A stretch of DNA of 64,000 nt from Chromera velia (GCA_018398765.1 JAHBMJ010000444.1:1-64000), one strand, 5' to 3'. Numbered from the stretch's first letter, positions 25,630-39,831 are shown. Notes: generated from the sequence alone by a model not told the origin. Numbers and translations: made by a program.

Positions 25630-28304
25630 TCAGTCTCCTCCCTTGTTCTCTGCACGAAGGACGGAAGAAACGAAGTGAACACAAGAGCAACAAGAAAGAA
25701 GAGCGTTCACAAAGCCAGAAAGAAACCTGACCCGGCCTCACAGGCAAATTAAGGGAAAAGAAGCAGCCGCAAAAGAGAGAAAGAGAAGGCCAAAGAAGGG
25801 CAAGGAAAGACGCTGTCCGTCAGTCACATCGACAGAAAGCAGACAGCAGAGCCAAGAGCAGAGAAGAGAAAGTCACTCCATCACTCGATGGAAGGAATCA
25901 CTGACCCTCCTCGTTGGGCTGCATGTCCGAGGTCCAGAGCGTCAAGTTGTCTCTCAGCAGCTGCAACATTTCGCCCACAAACAAACAAGTGGAGTTATAT
26001 ATCTCTTCACTCACACACACATACACGCGGGCAGAGAGAGTGGGTGGAAGTCAGGCACGAACAGGCAGCAATGAAAGGAAACACCACAGCAAACCAAAAC
26101 ATCCCTCACCACCCACCCCCTCACCCACCCACCTGCATGATGAGGGTGGAGTCCTTGTATGAGTCTTCTGACACGTTGTCGAGCTCTGCGATTGCATCCT
26201 CAAACGCCTGTCTGGCCATTCTGCAGGCCTCCTCGGGGCTGTTCAGGATCTCATAGTAGAACACTGCAGGCAGACAGCAAGACGGAAGAAAGGTGGAGAC
26301 GGACGGAGAGAGATGTGTCATCATCAAAGCGGCAGAGAGAGAGTCGGATCGTGAAGGACAGGCACGGAAGAGATGTGTCATCATCAAAGCGGCAGAGAGA
26401 GAGTCGGATCGTGAAGGACAGGCACGGAACTGCATGCTGCTTCTCTTTTTATGCAGACGGACGGACAGACCAAAAAACGAACAACAGGCAGGATCAGGCA
26501 GGCAGGCAGGCACGCAGAGCCGTGCAGCCCGTCTTTTCCCCTTCCAGTTCGTCTTTTTGTTTCGACAAAAAACACACAAAGAGAGACGACAAGACTATAT
26601 CGTCTTTTCTTTTCCTTTTTCTCTTTCTTCATTATCTTCTGTTAGGCAGGCAGAAGAAGAAAGCAGAAAAAAAAAAAGGCAAAAAGAAACGGACCAGAGA
26701 AGTTGAGTGCGAGACCGAGACGGATCGGGTGGGTGGGGAAGAGGTCTGTTTGTGCGATGGCGGCTGCGTCCTTGTAGGCGGAGTGGGCGTTGTCTGCTGC
26801 GGTTTGCTTCACATCGTCGGAAGAGAACTCAGAGATATATCTGCAAGAGGCAGAGAGAGCGGAAAGCAGGAGTTCATAACACGCAGACGGTCTTTCCTGC
26901 TGCTCTTTCCTCGAGTCACATCTTTCCCTTCCTTACACATTTCTGCCTCTTCTCTCATCTTCAGTGTGGCCACTGTGATCTCAAAGAACAAAGCAGAACT
27001 ACGAGGAATACAGGAAAAACGACCAGTTCATCTAGGCAACAACTAAGAGAGCGTGCAGATAGATCAACGGACCCACCTGTAGTAGTCTCCCTTCATTTTG
27101 TAGTAGAAGACCTTGCTTTCTCCCGTTGATGACGAGGGGATGAGGTACTTCTCCAACAACTCGAGGATCGCATTGCAGATCGTTCTCAGCTCCTCCTCCA
27201 CCTTCTTCCTGTAGTCCTCTGCATGGGGCAGGTGGGCGGTGTTGCCCTTGGACTTCTCCTTCTGCTCCACAGAGGAGATAATTCTCCAGGAAGCACGGCG
27301 GGCTCCGACAGCGTTCTTGTATGCCACAGACTGCACACATGCACAGGGAAGGTGAGAAAGAGTAAAAGTCACACGCACAGTGCAGCCTGTTTTCAGCTGG
27401 TTTGTTTGCCTTTTCTTTTTATTTTCTTTTCGATCAAAAACACAGTTAAACACAATGTATACGTCTTTGCACCACCCATCTGATCTGTTCTGTCTCCGTC
27501 CCTCTCCACTTCTTTGCTGCCTCTTCTGTCTGTCTCCTCAATGTTATCCTTATCCTTCACACTTCTCTACATCTGGAGAGATCCACCCCGACAGTCCATC
27601 AACCACCGACAGAAAGCAAAAAAATAAAAAAGAAAGGCTTCGCGCACTTCGAATAGAGGATCTCCTGAGAGTTCATGGCAGCACAACGACTTTACACGTT
27701 CAGTCTCCCTTTCGCACAATGTATAGCTCTGTCTCGATATCTCTTTTTTCTAAATTCAAAGGTTCCCCCCCCCCGCCCCATTGCCGACCAGAAGATTTCT
27801 CTCTTCGACTGTGAGCTCCTCCCCCATGGAGGCGACGCTCTTCATGAAGTCGGCCATCTCTGCATTCATCCATTCGAACATTCATCACTCTTGTATGAAG
27901 GTGAGGAGCTACAAACTCAAGACTTTCAAGAGGCGGGGTCAAGATTTCAAAGGGGAAATTCGGTTTCGACTCCATAGGACCTGCAACGGAGTCCTCTCCA
28001 CTCTCACAGCGGAGTTCATTGAGGGGGAGGGGGCGGGGAAAGAGAGGAAAACGTCTAGGGCACAGTGTTTCAAGCAGATGAGAGAAAACGACTCTTCTAT
28101 TTTTCATCAGTTGTTGAAAATTGAAAATCATTTCCAATCATTTCCTCCAAAACCTTTGAGCTTGAAGTGCCACAGAAAAAGAAGGAGGCAAACCACCATC
28201 TAGTCGTCTGCACCGTGATTTCCTGACTGACCATCATAACGCTCAGCCTGCTCTGCGAGCTTGGCCTTGTAGACGTACTCCTCTCTCTTTGACTTGTCGG
28301 CCAT
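25630..28304 (-). CDS. 14-3-3: 14-3-3 protein (249 aa); exons 28232-28304, 27789-27859, 27077-27330, 26695-26840, 26133-26263, 25906-25960, 25630-25649
   Basis: Motifs found: [92 protein letters not shown]. The exons total 750 nt in frame; the last micro-exon is less certain. Confidence 0.97.
26309..26428. repeat. Exact 60-bp tandem duplication in a 14-3-3 intron
   Basis: AGAGATGTGTCATCATCAAAGCGGCAGAGAGAGAGTCGGATCGTGAAGGACAGGCACGGA occurs twice in tandem. Confidence 0.95.
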
Positions 28305-29049
28305 TTTGAAAAGGTTGTGTGCAAACTACAGAGGAGCAGAAACTGAAGGCTGGTGAAACGTGCATGCGTGGTCCGGTACAGGTCTATTGATGTTGTAGCT
28401 CTGTCACGTCCGTCTCAGTAGTCGAAAGAAGGCTGTCCTCCTCACATGCCCGCTTGGTGTCCGACAATCCACTTGTGCAAAGCTATCTGCGGTTTGTGGA
28501 CAGTCGGGCCCAAGAAAAATCCGCATCCGCAAAAGCAACGAATCCTAGGGCATTTTCGTGTTTTTGGGGATGAGACCATTCCTGGAACTCACACACTTTC
28601 TCTGTGCGCAACCGATACACAAATCCAAAAAAAAGCCGCACTGCGCGAAACGTGAAAACAAATGCCTTGCGGGACCGCAACGACGACGACGAGCCAAAAA
28701 AGAAATTCTTTTTAATTGGCAAAAAGTTTATTTCCGGCACCGGCCAATACAGATCGCCAAGTCAGTCGATCAGGGACACTCAGTGAGTCAGTATATCGTC
28801 AGTGTTTCCTGCCGTTTCCTGCCCGAGCAATCCATCCAACAGTCGTTTTGACGTCACGAAGAAGTGCAATTGTGACATAGAGTGAACGTTCTACTGGACT
28901 TCGGGGGTTGCGGTATATTTTCACTGCATTCCTTGGAAGTTGATACAGCTGTTGTTAGTTAGACATAACTTGCTTGCTTTTTGGTATCTTATTCCATTTG
29001 TTGTTGCTGGGCTGTAGGTCGCCCGAATTGACCTCAGTGGCGTTCGAAG
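28305..29049. promoter_or_regulatory. Putative bidirectional promoter/5' UTR region between 14-3-3 and the DYRKP kinase
   Basis: The two start codons diverge across 745 bp. The region lacks microsatellites and contains GCGCGAAA at 28643-28650. Confidence 0.5.
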
Positions 29050-32000
29050 ATGGTAATCAAGAAGCAGGAAGACCTGCTCAAGTTGGTTTCAGACTTTCTT
29101 GAGAATACGGGTCGGCCTGATGTAGCAACATCTTTGAGGAAAGATCGAGACGTAGAAAATGACCCAGTGCTTGCCAAAGCTCTTGAGCAGCTGCAGGACT
29201 CCATTTCGGGGTGTCCTTCACTCGCTCAGAGCCAAGATTCCACCATGGATGTTTTCTCCCCTGCTGACAGCAACACAGCAGAAATCATGAAAAGACTTGC
29301 AGGCACAGCCAACGACATACCAGACCGATCTCTGAACTCCTCTGCATCGGATCTGATTCGAGTGACGAGAGTCATTCAAAGAAAGGAACGCGTTTACCAA
29401 GAATCCGGGCATTCGTCTGCTGTGGTGGATTCCCTCGGGGCCAAAGCGGTCGCTTCGAGGGGGGGCAATGCAGGAGCCAGCGGTGCAGGACCGGGTCCTC
29501 AACACTCCTCACTTGTCCATGACCCTGAAGCGAGTGGTCCCTCCCAACTGCTCTCTTCCTCCCACCCTCAGATGATGCAAGCAGAAGCAGCTGGAGATGC
29601 TGGAGCAACTCCATCTGCAGACACACACACGCCTTCTGCAGGGGGGCACACCGATGATCCATCCCTCTGGAGCGCCTCTTCTCCCCACGCAGCACCTGCA
29701 GTCTCTGGGGGGGAGACAACAGGGGTGAGGGGGGGTGACCCGAGTGCAAGTCGGGCTTCGTTGCGGTGTCAGCAGAAGACAGACAAGGAAAAAGAGAAGG
29801 GGGAGGATTCAACGGTAGAGGCAGAAAAGGAAAAGCGGGGAGACAAAATAGGAGAGGAGGCAACAAGACAGATTGAAGGTGCAACTCCAGACGAGGATTT
29901 GCCAGCAGAGACACCCGGAGCAGAGGGTCCCTTGAAGACCAACAAGGAGAAGGAGAGAGAGTTTCCCCCCGCCTCCCCATGGCTCCCCTCTGAGCACTAC
30001 AAATCCAAACGCCCAAGAGCCCTGCAAGACCCCAACAATCCCGACACAGAATTCGATGTAGAGGATGAATACAGAGATGACGAGGACCCTGGGTACCGCA
30101 TTCGCGACATCTACGAGGCAGATCTCCTGAATGAATTGCAAATCAAACACTCTGTAACTGCCCAGGCGCAGAATGCTCTAGAGACCCATATCTCCTCCCT
30201 TCTCGAAGGAGAGACCAAACCCATTCTCGACGATCCGGAGAAAACAGGAGGCGCGGCAGGGGGAGGGGATGGTGGGAAGGGTACTTCGTCCGGGGCACAG
30301 GCCCGAAGTAAGGGTAAGGGAGGTCATGCTGCTCTTCCTGAAGGGCTGCAACTCCCCCCCAACCTTTCCCAGTGTCTGTCCAATGCCGATGCAGTCGGAA
30401 TTGCACTCGCTCCCCACCTTATCTCCACTCTCACCAGTGGGCGTATTGAAAATGCCCCCCCCGCCTCAAATGCCGCCGCTGCTGCTGGTGGTGCGTTGGA
30501 GTCTGAGGGTGAGAAGGGTCCGGTTGGGGACATTGCAAGTTCTGTTGTGGATGCGTCAGATGAATTATTTATGTCCTCTTCACCCTCCATAGCTCCCACC
30601 CAGAAGAACGGAAATGGAAAAGAGAGAGAGAGGGGTGAATCGAAAGACCAGAAGACACAAAGGACAGAGGGGGGAGGAGCAACACCGACCATCAGCCTAG
30701 GAGGGTCCACTCCGAGGAATGCAACAGAGAAGGAGGCATGCACAGCGGAAAGAGAGAGGAGTGGAACCCCCAATTTTGCAGGTCGGTCTGCCTGTCTGTC
30801 TGTCTGTTTCTGTTTCTTTCCGTCCTTCCAGAATCCCTCTCTCGAAGTAAAGTTATGTATGAAGTAGTGTTCTTCCTTCCTTGATTCGTCCCTCGCTTCC
30901 CTTTCCCGCTTTCTCGTTCTCTCGGTGAGCTGCCTGCCTTTTCTTTTCTGTCTGTTCCCTTTGGGTCTGCCGGAATTTGCCCGTCCTCTGTGTGTCCGTT
31001 TTTGTATTTGAACTACCCGCCTACCAGCTTGGACTAGTAGTTTTTTGTTTGTGGCCTGTCTCTTTTGACGCAAGAACGAACACATAGCTCTGTCTGTCTG
31101 TCTGTGTGCCTCTCTCTCCTTCAGGTGATGGGGAGGGACGGAGTCGGGGAGATCCGGGGGCAGCGGGTGTTCGAATGACAGTGTACCCGAATCCCAACTC
31201 CTCCAAGCCTCTTCCTCGAACGGGGGCGGCAACGGGCGGCAGGGCGATGCTAGCAGGGGAGGGCGGAGACGGTTCCCCGTCTTCTGCAGTAGGGGGGGAG
31301 GGTGTGAAGATTGTTCTCGACCAGGGCTCCCAGGAGTTGGTCAACCAGAACGATCCTGTGTACGTCCTGCAGAAGTCAGAGGCAGAGAGACAGAGCTCGA
31401 TCTGGCACGACGTCTACAGTGCAGGGTCGCACTCGAGTCACCGAGAGAAGAAGAGACGGGAGAGGGAGGAGTGGGGGAGGAAGCGAGTCCGTCGTTATCC
31501 CGCGTCTGCGAATCCCTTTTATCCCAGAAAGGGCGATGACGGGGCGACATACGACTGTTTCAATTTGTGTGTTATCTTTGACAGAGACAGGACGGGCTTT
31601 GAGGAGACGAAGGACTTTCCGGTCGGTCATTCCAGAGCCAACTGAAGCCAGGCTAGATCTATCCCAAACAAATCACATTCCGCCTAACGCAATCAATCAT
31701 CCTTTTTGGATCTGCTCTCCGTCTGACACTGTTCTCTCTTTCGTCGCTATTTTTTGTTCAAAAGCTCCTACAAGAACGGAGAGGAGAGGACATCAGAACC
31801 TAGAGAGATGTCAATGTTCATCACAGTCTCACTCTGTATCCACTCCCTTCCCTTTCTGTGCTTTTGCTCGTTTCTTTCTTCTCCTTCCTGCCCCTCATTC
31901 AATCTCTTTCTCTCTGTCATGCGATGAGACGAAATGCAGGTGCGCATCGGTTCATCGATTGCCGGCCGATACGAAGTGATCGAGTACCTCGGCAGCGCTG

Positions 32001-32307
32001 CCTTCTCCAAGGCTGTGCAGGCTTATGACCGACAGACAGAGCGGATGGTCTGCCTGAAGGTGATCAAGAACGACAAGGACTTCCTCGATCAATCCCTCGA
32101 TGAAGTCAAGCTCCTTCGATATCTCAACGCCAACGCCGATCCCGATGAGAAGAACGTCTTGAGACTCCATGACTGCATCTACCACAAGGAGCACCTGATC
32201 ATCGTCACCGAACTCCTCAGAGACAACCTGTACGAATTCGCAAAGTTCACACGAGAGAGGGGGCAGGAGCCTTTCTTCACTCTTGGAAAACTTCAGCGAA
32301 TCAGCAA

Positions 32308-32340
<33 letters not shown>

Positions 32341-33290
32341 GCTCGATACTTCAGACTGCAGATGAATCACTCTGTGGGACCTCTTGCAATGATTTGTTCT
32401 TTCTTTCTGTCTTTCTTTCTTCCTCTCCCTCTCCCCCTCTCTCTCTCTCTCTCTCTATCTCGATACTTCAGACTGCAGATGAATCACTCTCTGGGACCTC
32501 TTGCTATGACTTGTTCTTTCTTTCTTCCTCTCTCTCTCTGCTTCATGGGAAAGCAAGATCAATCGACATCCACACTATTTTTCTGTGGTCGTTCTGTCTC
32601 GCCTGCAGGCGTGGCTATAAGGCTTTCTCGCTCTCTCCTCCTGTTTGTTTGTTTGGGTGCAGGTTCTGGAGGCGCTTGAGTACACGCACTCCCTCCGACT
32701 GATCCATTGCGACCTGAAACCCGAGAACATCCTGGTGAAGTCGTACAGCAAGTGCATGGTCAAGGTGATCGACTTTGGCAGCTCCTGCTTTGTTGACGAC
32801 CACCTGAGTGCGTACGTGCAGTCAAGGTCGTACAGGGCCCCTGAGGTCATGCTCGGGTGTCCGTATGACGAGAAGATTGACATCTGGTCCCTCGGGTGCA
32901 TCATCGCCGAACTCTGGACAGGCTTCGTCCTCTTCCAGAACGAATCGGTGGTCACGCTTCTCGCTCGCATCATCGGAATCATCAGTCAGTGGATGCGTGG
33001 GTGAGTGGGTTAGTCGGTGGATTTTGCAGAATGCAGGTAGGCAGGCAGGCAGGCAGAGGGAGCAGCAAGCAAGAAGATTGAAAGAAAGACTGCCCCTGCA
33101 GGCAGCGACACCCCACTGTAACACCAAGCAGCTTGTTTGGGAGACCTATCTGGGTGGGAGTGACTGACTGAATTGTCAGATGTTTTCCCTAAGACTCCTT
33201 TTGGTGTCTCAACTGCAGCCGTCTTGTTCTCTCTCTCTCTGATATTCTTTTCTTTCTGGCGTCTTCCTTCCTTCCTTTCTTTCTTCTTGC

Positions 33291-33327
<37 letters not shown>

Positions 33328-33782
33328 GCCTGTCCACTGAGAGAGCGCGCCAACAGAAGAAAAGAAAAAACAGAAGAGAAGGAAGAAAAAGGAAAGAGAC
33401 GATATAGTCTGTCTTCTGTGTGCCCGTCTGTCTTCCATGATGGATGCACTCGGTCGGTCAATCGATGGATTGATTGATGCGTGCAGGGCGATTCCCTTAC
33501 CACATGATGAGCCGAGGGCGGTACGTTCCCCAGTTCTTCACTCAGGACGGGCAGCTCTACCAAGAGCTCGACGATGCCAGTCAGTGTCAGGCAAAGGGCA
33601 GGAGGGTTCGCTTGCTGGTGCCAAAGAAGACATCTCTTTGGCAGAGGATGAGGACGAATGACCAGACGTTCCTCAACTTCCTGAGGGACTGCCTGAAGGT
33701 CGATCCTGCACAGAGACCCTCAGCGTCCGAACTTCTCAAACACCCTTTCCTTGACGCTGGCCGATACGAGGATGGTCTGTGA
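29050..33782 (+). CDS. DYRKP: CMGC protein kinase, DYRK family, DYRKP-like (~1072 aa); exons 29050-30781, 31125-31621, 31940-32311, 32663-32984, 33487-33782
   Basis: Kinase motifs: YLGSAAFSKAV, VCLKVIKN, IHCDLKPENIL, VIDFGSSCF, LSAYVQSRSYRAPE, IDIWSLGCI. The pre-kinase RTGFEETKDFP box and the GSAAFS loop are typical of the DYRKP subgroup, and the N-terminus is LisH-like. The exons total 3219 nt in frame. Confidence 0.92.
32342..32525. repeat. ~68-bp near-identical duplication inside a kinase intron
   Basis: CTCGATACTTCAGACTGCAGATGAATCACTCT..GGGACCTCTTGC.ATGA.TTGTTCTTTCTTT occurs at ~32342 and ~32459, each preceded by (CT)n. Confidence 0.9.
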
Positions 33783-36700
33783 GGGAGAGAGGAAGTGGGG
33801 GGGGGGAGAATGGAAGGAGAAGTGGATGGTTGCGTGAAGAAGAAAGAAGGAGCTGAGTGAGTCGGTGGGCAGCGTGCTGCAGTATCTTCTCTCGTATAGC
33901 TTTTTTTCTTTTCTGACGTTGCTTCCTTTCTCTTCCTTTCCTTTCCTTTGCGTTCTTTGCCTGCCCTCGTTTCTCTTATTCTGGCTCCCCGCCTTGTGCG
34001 GTCGCAGCAAGAAAAAGGGGGTGGGACGGTAAGATGATGATGTATGTGACAGTTGTGTTGGGAAGGAACGATTCGATGAAACGACTGGGGGGGTCTGGGA
34101 GGGGAGGAAGCGTACCGCGGGGTGGTTGAACCGGGGATTGATTGATGGGCTTGACAGGATTTCGGTCTGATCTGACCGTGCAGTCTCTTTATCCCTTCCT
34201 TTCTCGGTCTCTGACACTTTCGCCCTCTTTCCACTAGCCTTGCTGTCTGAAGTTTTCCAGTTTTTGTTTCTGACTGAATGAGAGTGAGAGAGAGCACGTG
34301 CACACACTCACACACTCATGCGCACATGCACAGAAAGGGAGGGAAGGGTAGACGGAGGGGGGGAGGAAGTGCACGAGAGAGAAACAGTGAGAAAGACCTA
34401 GTTGGATCGAGGGCAGAGGTTTGTTCGTTCACGTGAATGAATCTGCGTGAATGAATATGTGTGCATTTATTTCTGTTCTTCTCCCTTCCGACTGCCCCAA
34501 CACAAATTGCTCTCTCTCTCTCTCTCTCGCCCCCTCTCTCTATTCCTCTCTCTGTCCGCCTCTCTTTGAATCGCACATCTGGGTCAATCACATCCAACAT
34601 GTGCAATTCGAACAAGAAAAGCCTTTGTCTCAATCGGCATCTGGCTTGCTTGAACAGGCTGGCAGCACTCTTTCTTTCTTTCTCTCCTTCTTTCCTCCTT
34701 CGCTCAAAGGGAGTCGGTTCTTCTTTAGCAGTCATCTTGTCCTCTATCTTGTTCTTTGAAGGACAGATATCCTGGTTGGGCAGTTTCTTTCGGTCAGACT
34801 CCCTCCATTGGTCTTTTCCTCCTCTCTCCGTACCCAATTTCGTTGTCTGTCTGCCTCCCTCAAGAATCCTGCAGCTGTTTGTGCTTGCCTTGCCTTGCGG
34901 GGAGATGAAGACCAAAGGAAAGGGCAAGCGCTTCACGATGCAGACTGTAGAGAGTCGTGCTTGCTGTGTGTCCCTCACGTGTTGCGAGCCTTCGTCTTTT
35001 CTTGACGGCCTCGTAGCGTCTGTCTGGTTTCTTCCTACGTGCCTGTCCTCCTGCCCCGCCACGACTTTCGATAAGTCAAGTCAAAAGAACGCAGGAACGA
35101 AGCAGGCACTTCTTCTCTCTGTAGACCTGCCCCCCGACTTGTGTGTGAGAAAATTAAGCAGGGCAGGCACCCTGGGAGAGACAGAGGCAGTGAGAGAGGG
35201 AGAGTCCGCTTTTTTCGTCCAGGCCAGCTGTCTGCCTGCCTGTGTGCGAGCGTTCAGCTGTCCTCGGATCATCGGCCCTCTCTATCTGTTGCAATGCAAG
35301 AATGACAGGGAGACGAAACGAAAGAACAAACATCGATTTGGGGGGTTGGGTTCAAAGAGGGAGGGGCGGAAAGGGGGGCAGCGCGGTTGGTCCTTTTGTC
35401 ATCTGGCCCCTTTCCTTGCTTCTTAGAATCTGTCAGTGATGGCAAAAACAAACACACACCCAAGTGCACAGACACACCGCCTTACGCGCAAAACGACACC
35501 ATGCTTCCTCCCTCTCTCTCCCCCTCTCCCTCTCCCAGAGGGGAGGGGGGTTCCTTACTGACGGATTCCTTCCACCAGCGGACCTGCTGGAGGTGTTCGG
35601 GTTTCCTTTTTTCATCTCTGCCTCTCCTTAGGTCTTCCACAGCCAGGCAGGCCGGCAAAAAGGTTCGCTTGCAGGGACGTGCCTGTCCCTGGGCTGGGAA
35701 GGGAAGCAAGAGGGGGGGGGGGAGAATAGGGAGAGGATCCTGAGATCGAGAGGGAGGGAGGGAAAATCGAGGGAGGCATCTCTCTTCCTGCCTCTCCTTT
35801 GACCCTGCTCTCTCTGTGTCTGTCTGTCTGTGCGGGGGTCTGGGTGTTAGGGGAAGGTGGGTGGGTGGGGTTGGTTTGGGTGAATGAGACGAGACGAGAC
35901 GTCCGCACAGATACTGACCGAAAACCGAATTCATGCATACATGCATGGGAGTATGAATGAATGGATTATCTATGTATACTTGTCGGCCTTTTTTGTGTGC
36001 TTTCGCTCTGTGTTTGTACGATTCGTCAGCAAGTGAGGAAGGACGTCTACTAATTTCTGAATCCGGGGTGGGAAGGGGAGGTTTTTTGCGGGTGCCTTGT
36101 TCGTTCCTCAGCTGTGTCGGAAGAGTGTCTGACCTCTGTTGCATTCAGATTTCCCTCTGCAAAAATGTGTCTCTATCTTGATATCAAAAATTCTGCTGCA
36201 CGCACGTAGCAATAGAGAAGGCGAGGTTGACGAGCTTTCGCGTGAAGTATGAATATTTCGGGCACAGCAGGGGGAACGAAGGTGCATCAAGAACAGAGGT
36301 CGAACAAGGCAGGAAAGGGACAGGGAATGGATTTGGGATTAGAGAGCGGGCGGGTGGTGGACAATGGCGGAAATGAGCTTTACAACTAGCTTTACAACTA
36401 GGATGTTCCATTAGACTGACAATTGATTAGTCATTACTAGTGAATCAATATCATCAAATTATAAATACAGTTTAACAAACATTTTTGATTTTATTCACTA
36501 GTATTTTCAATTTATAACGTATGTGGAAATAAGTGATAAATGATTTAGTGTTGCCCTAGAATATATACCCTAGAAAACTATTGCCGTTTTATTTTTAAAG
36601 AAATTCTTTTTATAAGAGTGGATAGGATCAGATAAGACACTGCAGGTAAAAAAAAAAAATGAAGGAATTTGAAGGGGGGAAATAGAAAAAAATAGATGGG

Positions 36701-37397
36701 TATGTGAAGGAATACAAAAGAATAGGCTAGGGAATAGGAAGGAAGACAACTAGGAGGACAAGATAAAAAAACATTTAAAAAATATAAAGAACAGAGGGAA
36801 TTTAAGCAGAAAGTACAGCTACGTAGAAGAAAAAAGGGGAGGGGAGGTAAGAAAGAAAAACAATTTTTGTAAAGGGAAAGGAAAAGGCCGGGGGGGAAGT
36901 AACCCGGAGCTTTATCGACGCGCGGATGGGCCGGGCCAAGCGCGCGCGCAAGTCGCGCGAAAATCAGCACGTGCATGCTTTTCATTTGGCGAATTTTGGC
37001 GATTTTTTTCGATACGTATATATACGGTATGAACAATTAAGCTATATATGCATATAGCCATGCATATATGGCACAATGACCAATCTACAGCGATCATACA
37101 GTGCGTGGACTGCTGCAGACAGTGTGGTTGTAGTCTGAGTGATTGTGCACGTGTTCAACTCCTGCAAACCCGTCATCCAACACCATCTGTTTCTGTGCTT
37201 GGATTGACTCTGATATAGACCCCGGGTGAAGTCACAGGCTCGGAGGGGAGGTGCCTCAGTTCGCCTGCTCGGTGGAGGTGCCTCAATCTTCCCGATCAGT
37301 CACCTTCTTTACTGGCTTTGCGACGATTCTGGGCGTAGAAACAAAGCCCAGAGGAGATTGAAACGCAGGAAAGAGGGAAAGCTAGAAGAGAAAGAAG

Positions 37398-39489
37398 ATG
37401 TCGCTGTCTAGCGACGGCACTTACGTGCTGTTGAACTACCTCGCGTGCAGCGTCGACGCTGAACACCATGTGAGTAAGTGGGTGGGCAAGTATGCGAGTC
37501 GGCTGACTGCATTTGCGTGGTTGAGGATCTCCTCTGCCTTCTGCCTGCCTCCGGCTGCTCGGCTTGTCTGCATGCTTTCCCGGCTGCCTTCTGCCATGCA
37601 TGCAAATGGGCCTCTGTGGTGCGAAATTGTGCTTGAGTCATGAAAAACGTTGATGGTTTTTGGTCGGCTGCCTGATACACTGCCTCAATTCTTCGTCAAG
37701 TGTCTGCCTGACCGACTCGCTAGACGTCTGTCTGACAGACGTTTTTTGCTACATGCGCGCGCTGTCTGACCGAGCAAGTGACTGACTCACTTTATTTGCT
37801 GCCCCTCAAGGGCATGGGGGGTACCTCCTCTCCTCTCTTTCTTTCGTTCGCGCTCTCGCACATGACCGTGTCTGCACTGATGTCTGTATTTATTGTTGAT
37901 TCGTTTGTCTATGCCGTCGCTCCCGTTTCTCTTGTTTGCAGCTGGAAAGGATTCGAAGGAAACTCGCACAGCAGCCCTTCGATCCCTGTGGGGCCTTTCA
38001 TTGCCTTGACAGGCGCTCTGCAGGGTGTATTTCAGGTGGGCAGGCTGATGCAGCTGGATGGGATATGGTGAATTTACTGCACGGGTATCTGAGCCAGTCT
38101 GCATGTCCAAAAGCCTGTCAAAGCAAAATGGAATGTGGACGAGATCGGCCTTTCTTTATGAGAGGAATCGGAAGAGTGAACTGAACAGCCCTCAGTCTGT
38201 GCCTGGGCGAATGGAGTTCAGGTTTGCATATGAAAAACTTACTTTCTCTTTCTCTCCTTGCAGTAGGTTGGAAACGCTCTTCTTTCATTTTCTTCGCCAT
38301 TTCCCGCGGGTTTTTTGTTTGTATGTTTGTCTGCTTGGTTGGTTGGTTGTTTCTTTGTGACTTTCTTTCTTTTTTTTTAATTTCTTTCTTTCGTTCCTTA
38401 GTTTTTTCTGTCTTTCTTTTTTCCTTTTCGCCTCTCTGTCTGACTGTCTGATTCCCTGTCTGTCTGTCTGTCTTTCTGTCTTCTTTGCGGCTTCCTCTCT
38501 TCCTTTATTCTTTCTTTCCTTCCTTCCTTTCTGTTTCATACTTCATCGAAGGTTGTGTCTCCTTCAATGTTTTCCCTCTATGCCTCCCCTGCGTTTCTCC
38601 TTTTTTTCTCTGTGATTTTGGCCACGCAGCTCACAGTATGCGTGTCACGCGATGCAGTCAGAACCTGTGGCATCAATGTGAGTGTGTCCTCTATACTTTG
38701 TCTTCTTGCACAGGCTTCATGCACGATCTGTTCCTTTGCTCTCTTTGAGATTATCTCACAGGATGCCGTGTATGGTCGTACTACGTCTCCACTTTGCCTG
38801 CAGCTTCTGATCTTGCTGCTTTCTTGTGTCAATATGCGCCTGGACTTACGGAGGAGTGTGTCTCTGTTCTGTACTGCCACATGGACAAGGACGGAGACGG
38901 GGAGATCTCACCCCCCGAGTCAGTTCAGAAGAATTGTTTGTTTGTTTGTTTGTTTGTTTGTTCGTTTGTTGTATTCCTGCAGTTGACCTTTCTCTCTTTG
39001 CTTGCGATCTGTTCAGTCAAGATCCAACTGTCTGTTTACTCAAGCACGGCTCTCTCAACGACCGTGAGTCTCTGTCTCCACAATCTGATCTTTAGTCTTC
39101 CTCCCCAAACAAAATCTTCGTAGAGAGAGTTGTTCCTTTTCCACCTGCCTCCCTACCTGTATAGCTGATCGCAAGAAATCTTCCGTGAGGACAGAAGACA
39201 GTGTTACTTTTTGATCCAAGGGCGAAGTGGTGAGACAATGAAAGAAGCAAAACACAAACATCCAAAAATGTTTTTTTTCATGTTCATGGTCTTGAACGAA
39301 GGCTTTCCTGTTCTTTTCTTTCTTCTGTACGTTGTTTCTGTGCTTGCAGCTTTCTCGAAACCGTACTCCCATGTGTCAGTCCTTATATGATGTGTCTCTT
39401 TCTTTGGCTCTGGCTTTGTCTGTCAATCAGAGTGTCAATCTGTTAGTGGACTTTCGGGCCTCAATGGTTTCCCTCTACATTCTCTCTCC

Positions 39490-39529
<40 letters not shown>

Positions 39530-39542
39530 ATCTATCTATCTG

Positions 39543-39573
<31 letters not shown>

Positions 39574-39615
39574 TCCCGCCCCCGCCCCCCCTCTCTCTCC
39601 CTCCCCACTTCTCTT

Positions 39616-39658
<43 letters not shown>

Positions 39659-39671
39659 ATCTATCTATCTG

Positions 39672-39702
<31 letters not shown>

Positions 39703-39744
39703 TCCCGCCCCCGCCCCCCCTCTCTCTCCCTCCCCACTTCTCTT

Positions 39745-39787
<43 letters not shown>

Positions 39788-39800
39788 ATCTATCTATCTG

Positions 39801-39831
<31 letters not shown>

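Noticed and set aside
33783..36300. ORFs of 240-320 aa after the kinase stop
   Set aside because: Composition is driven by simple repeats with no motifs; likely 3' UTR.
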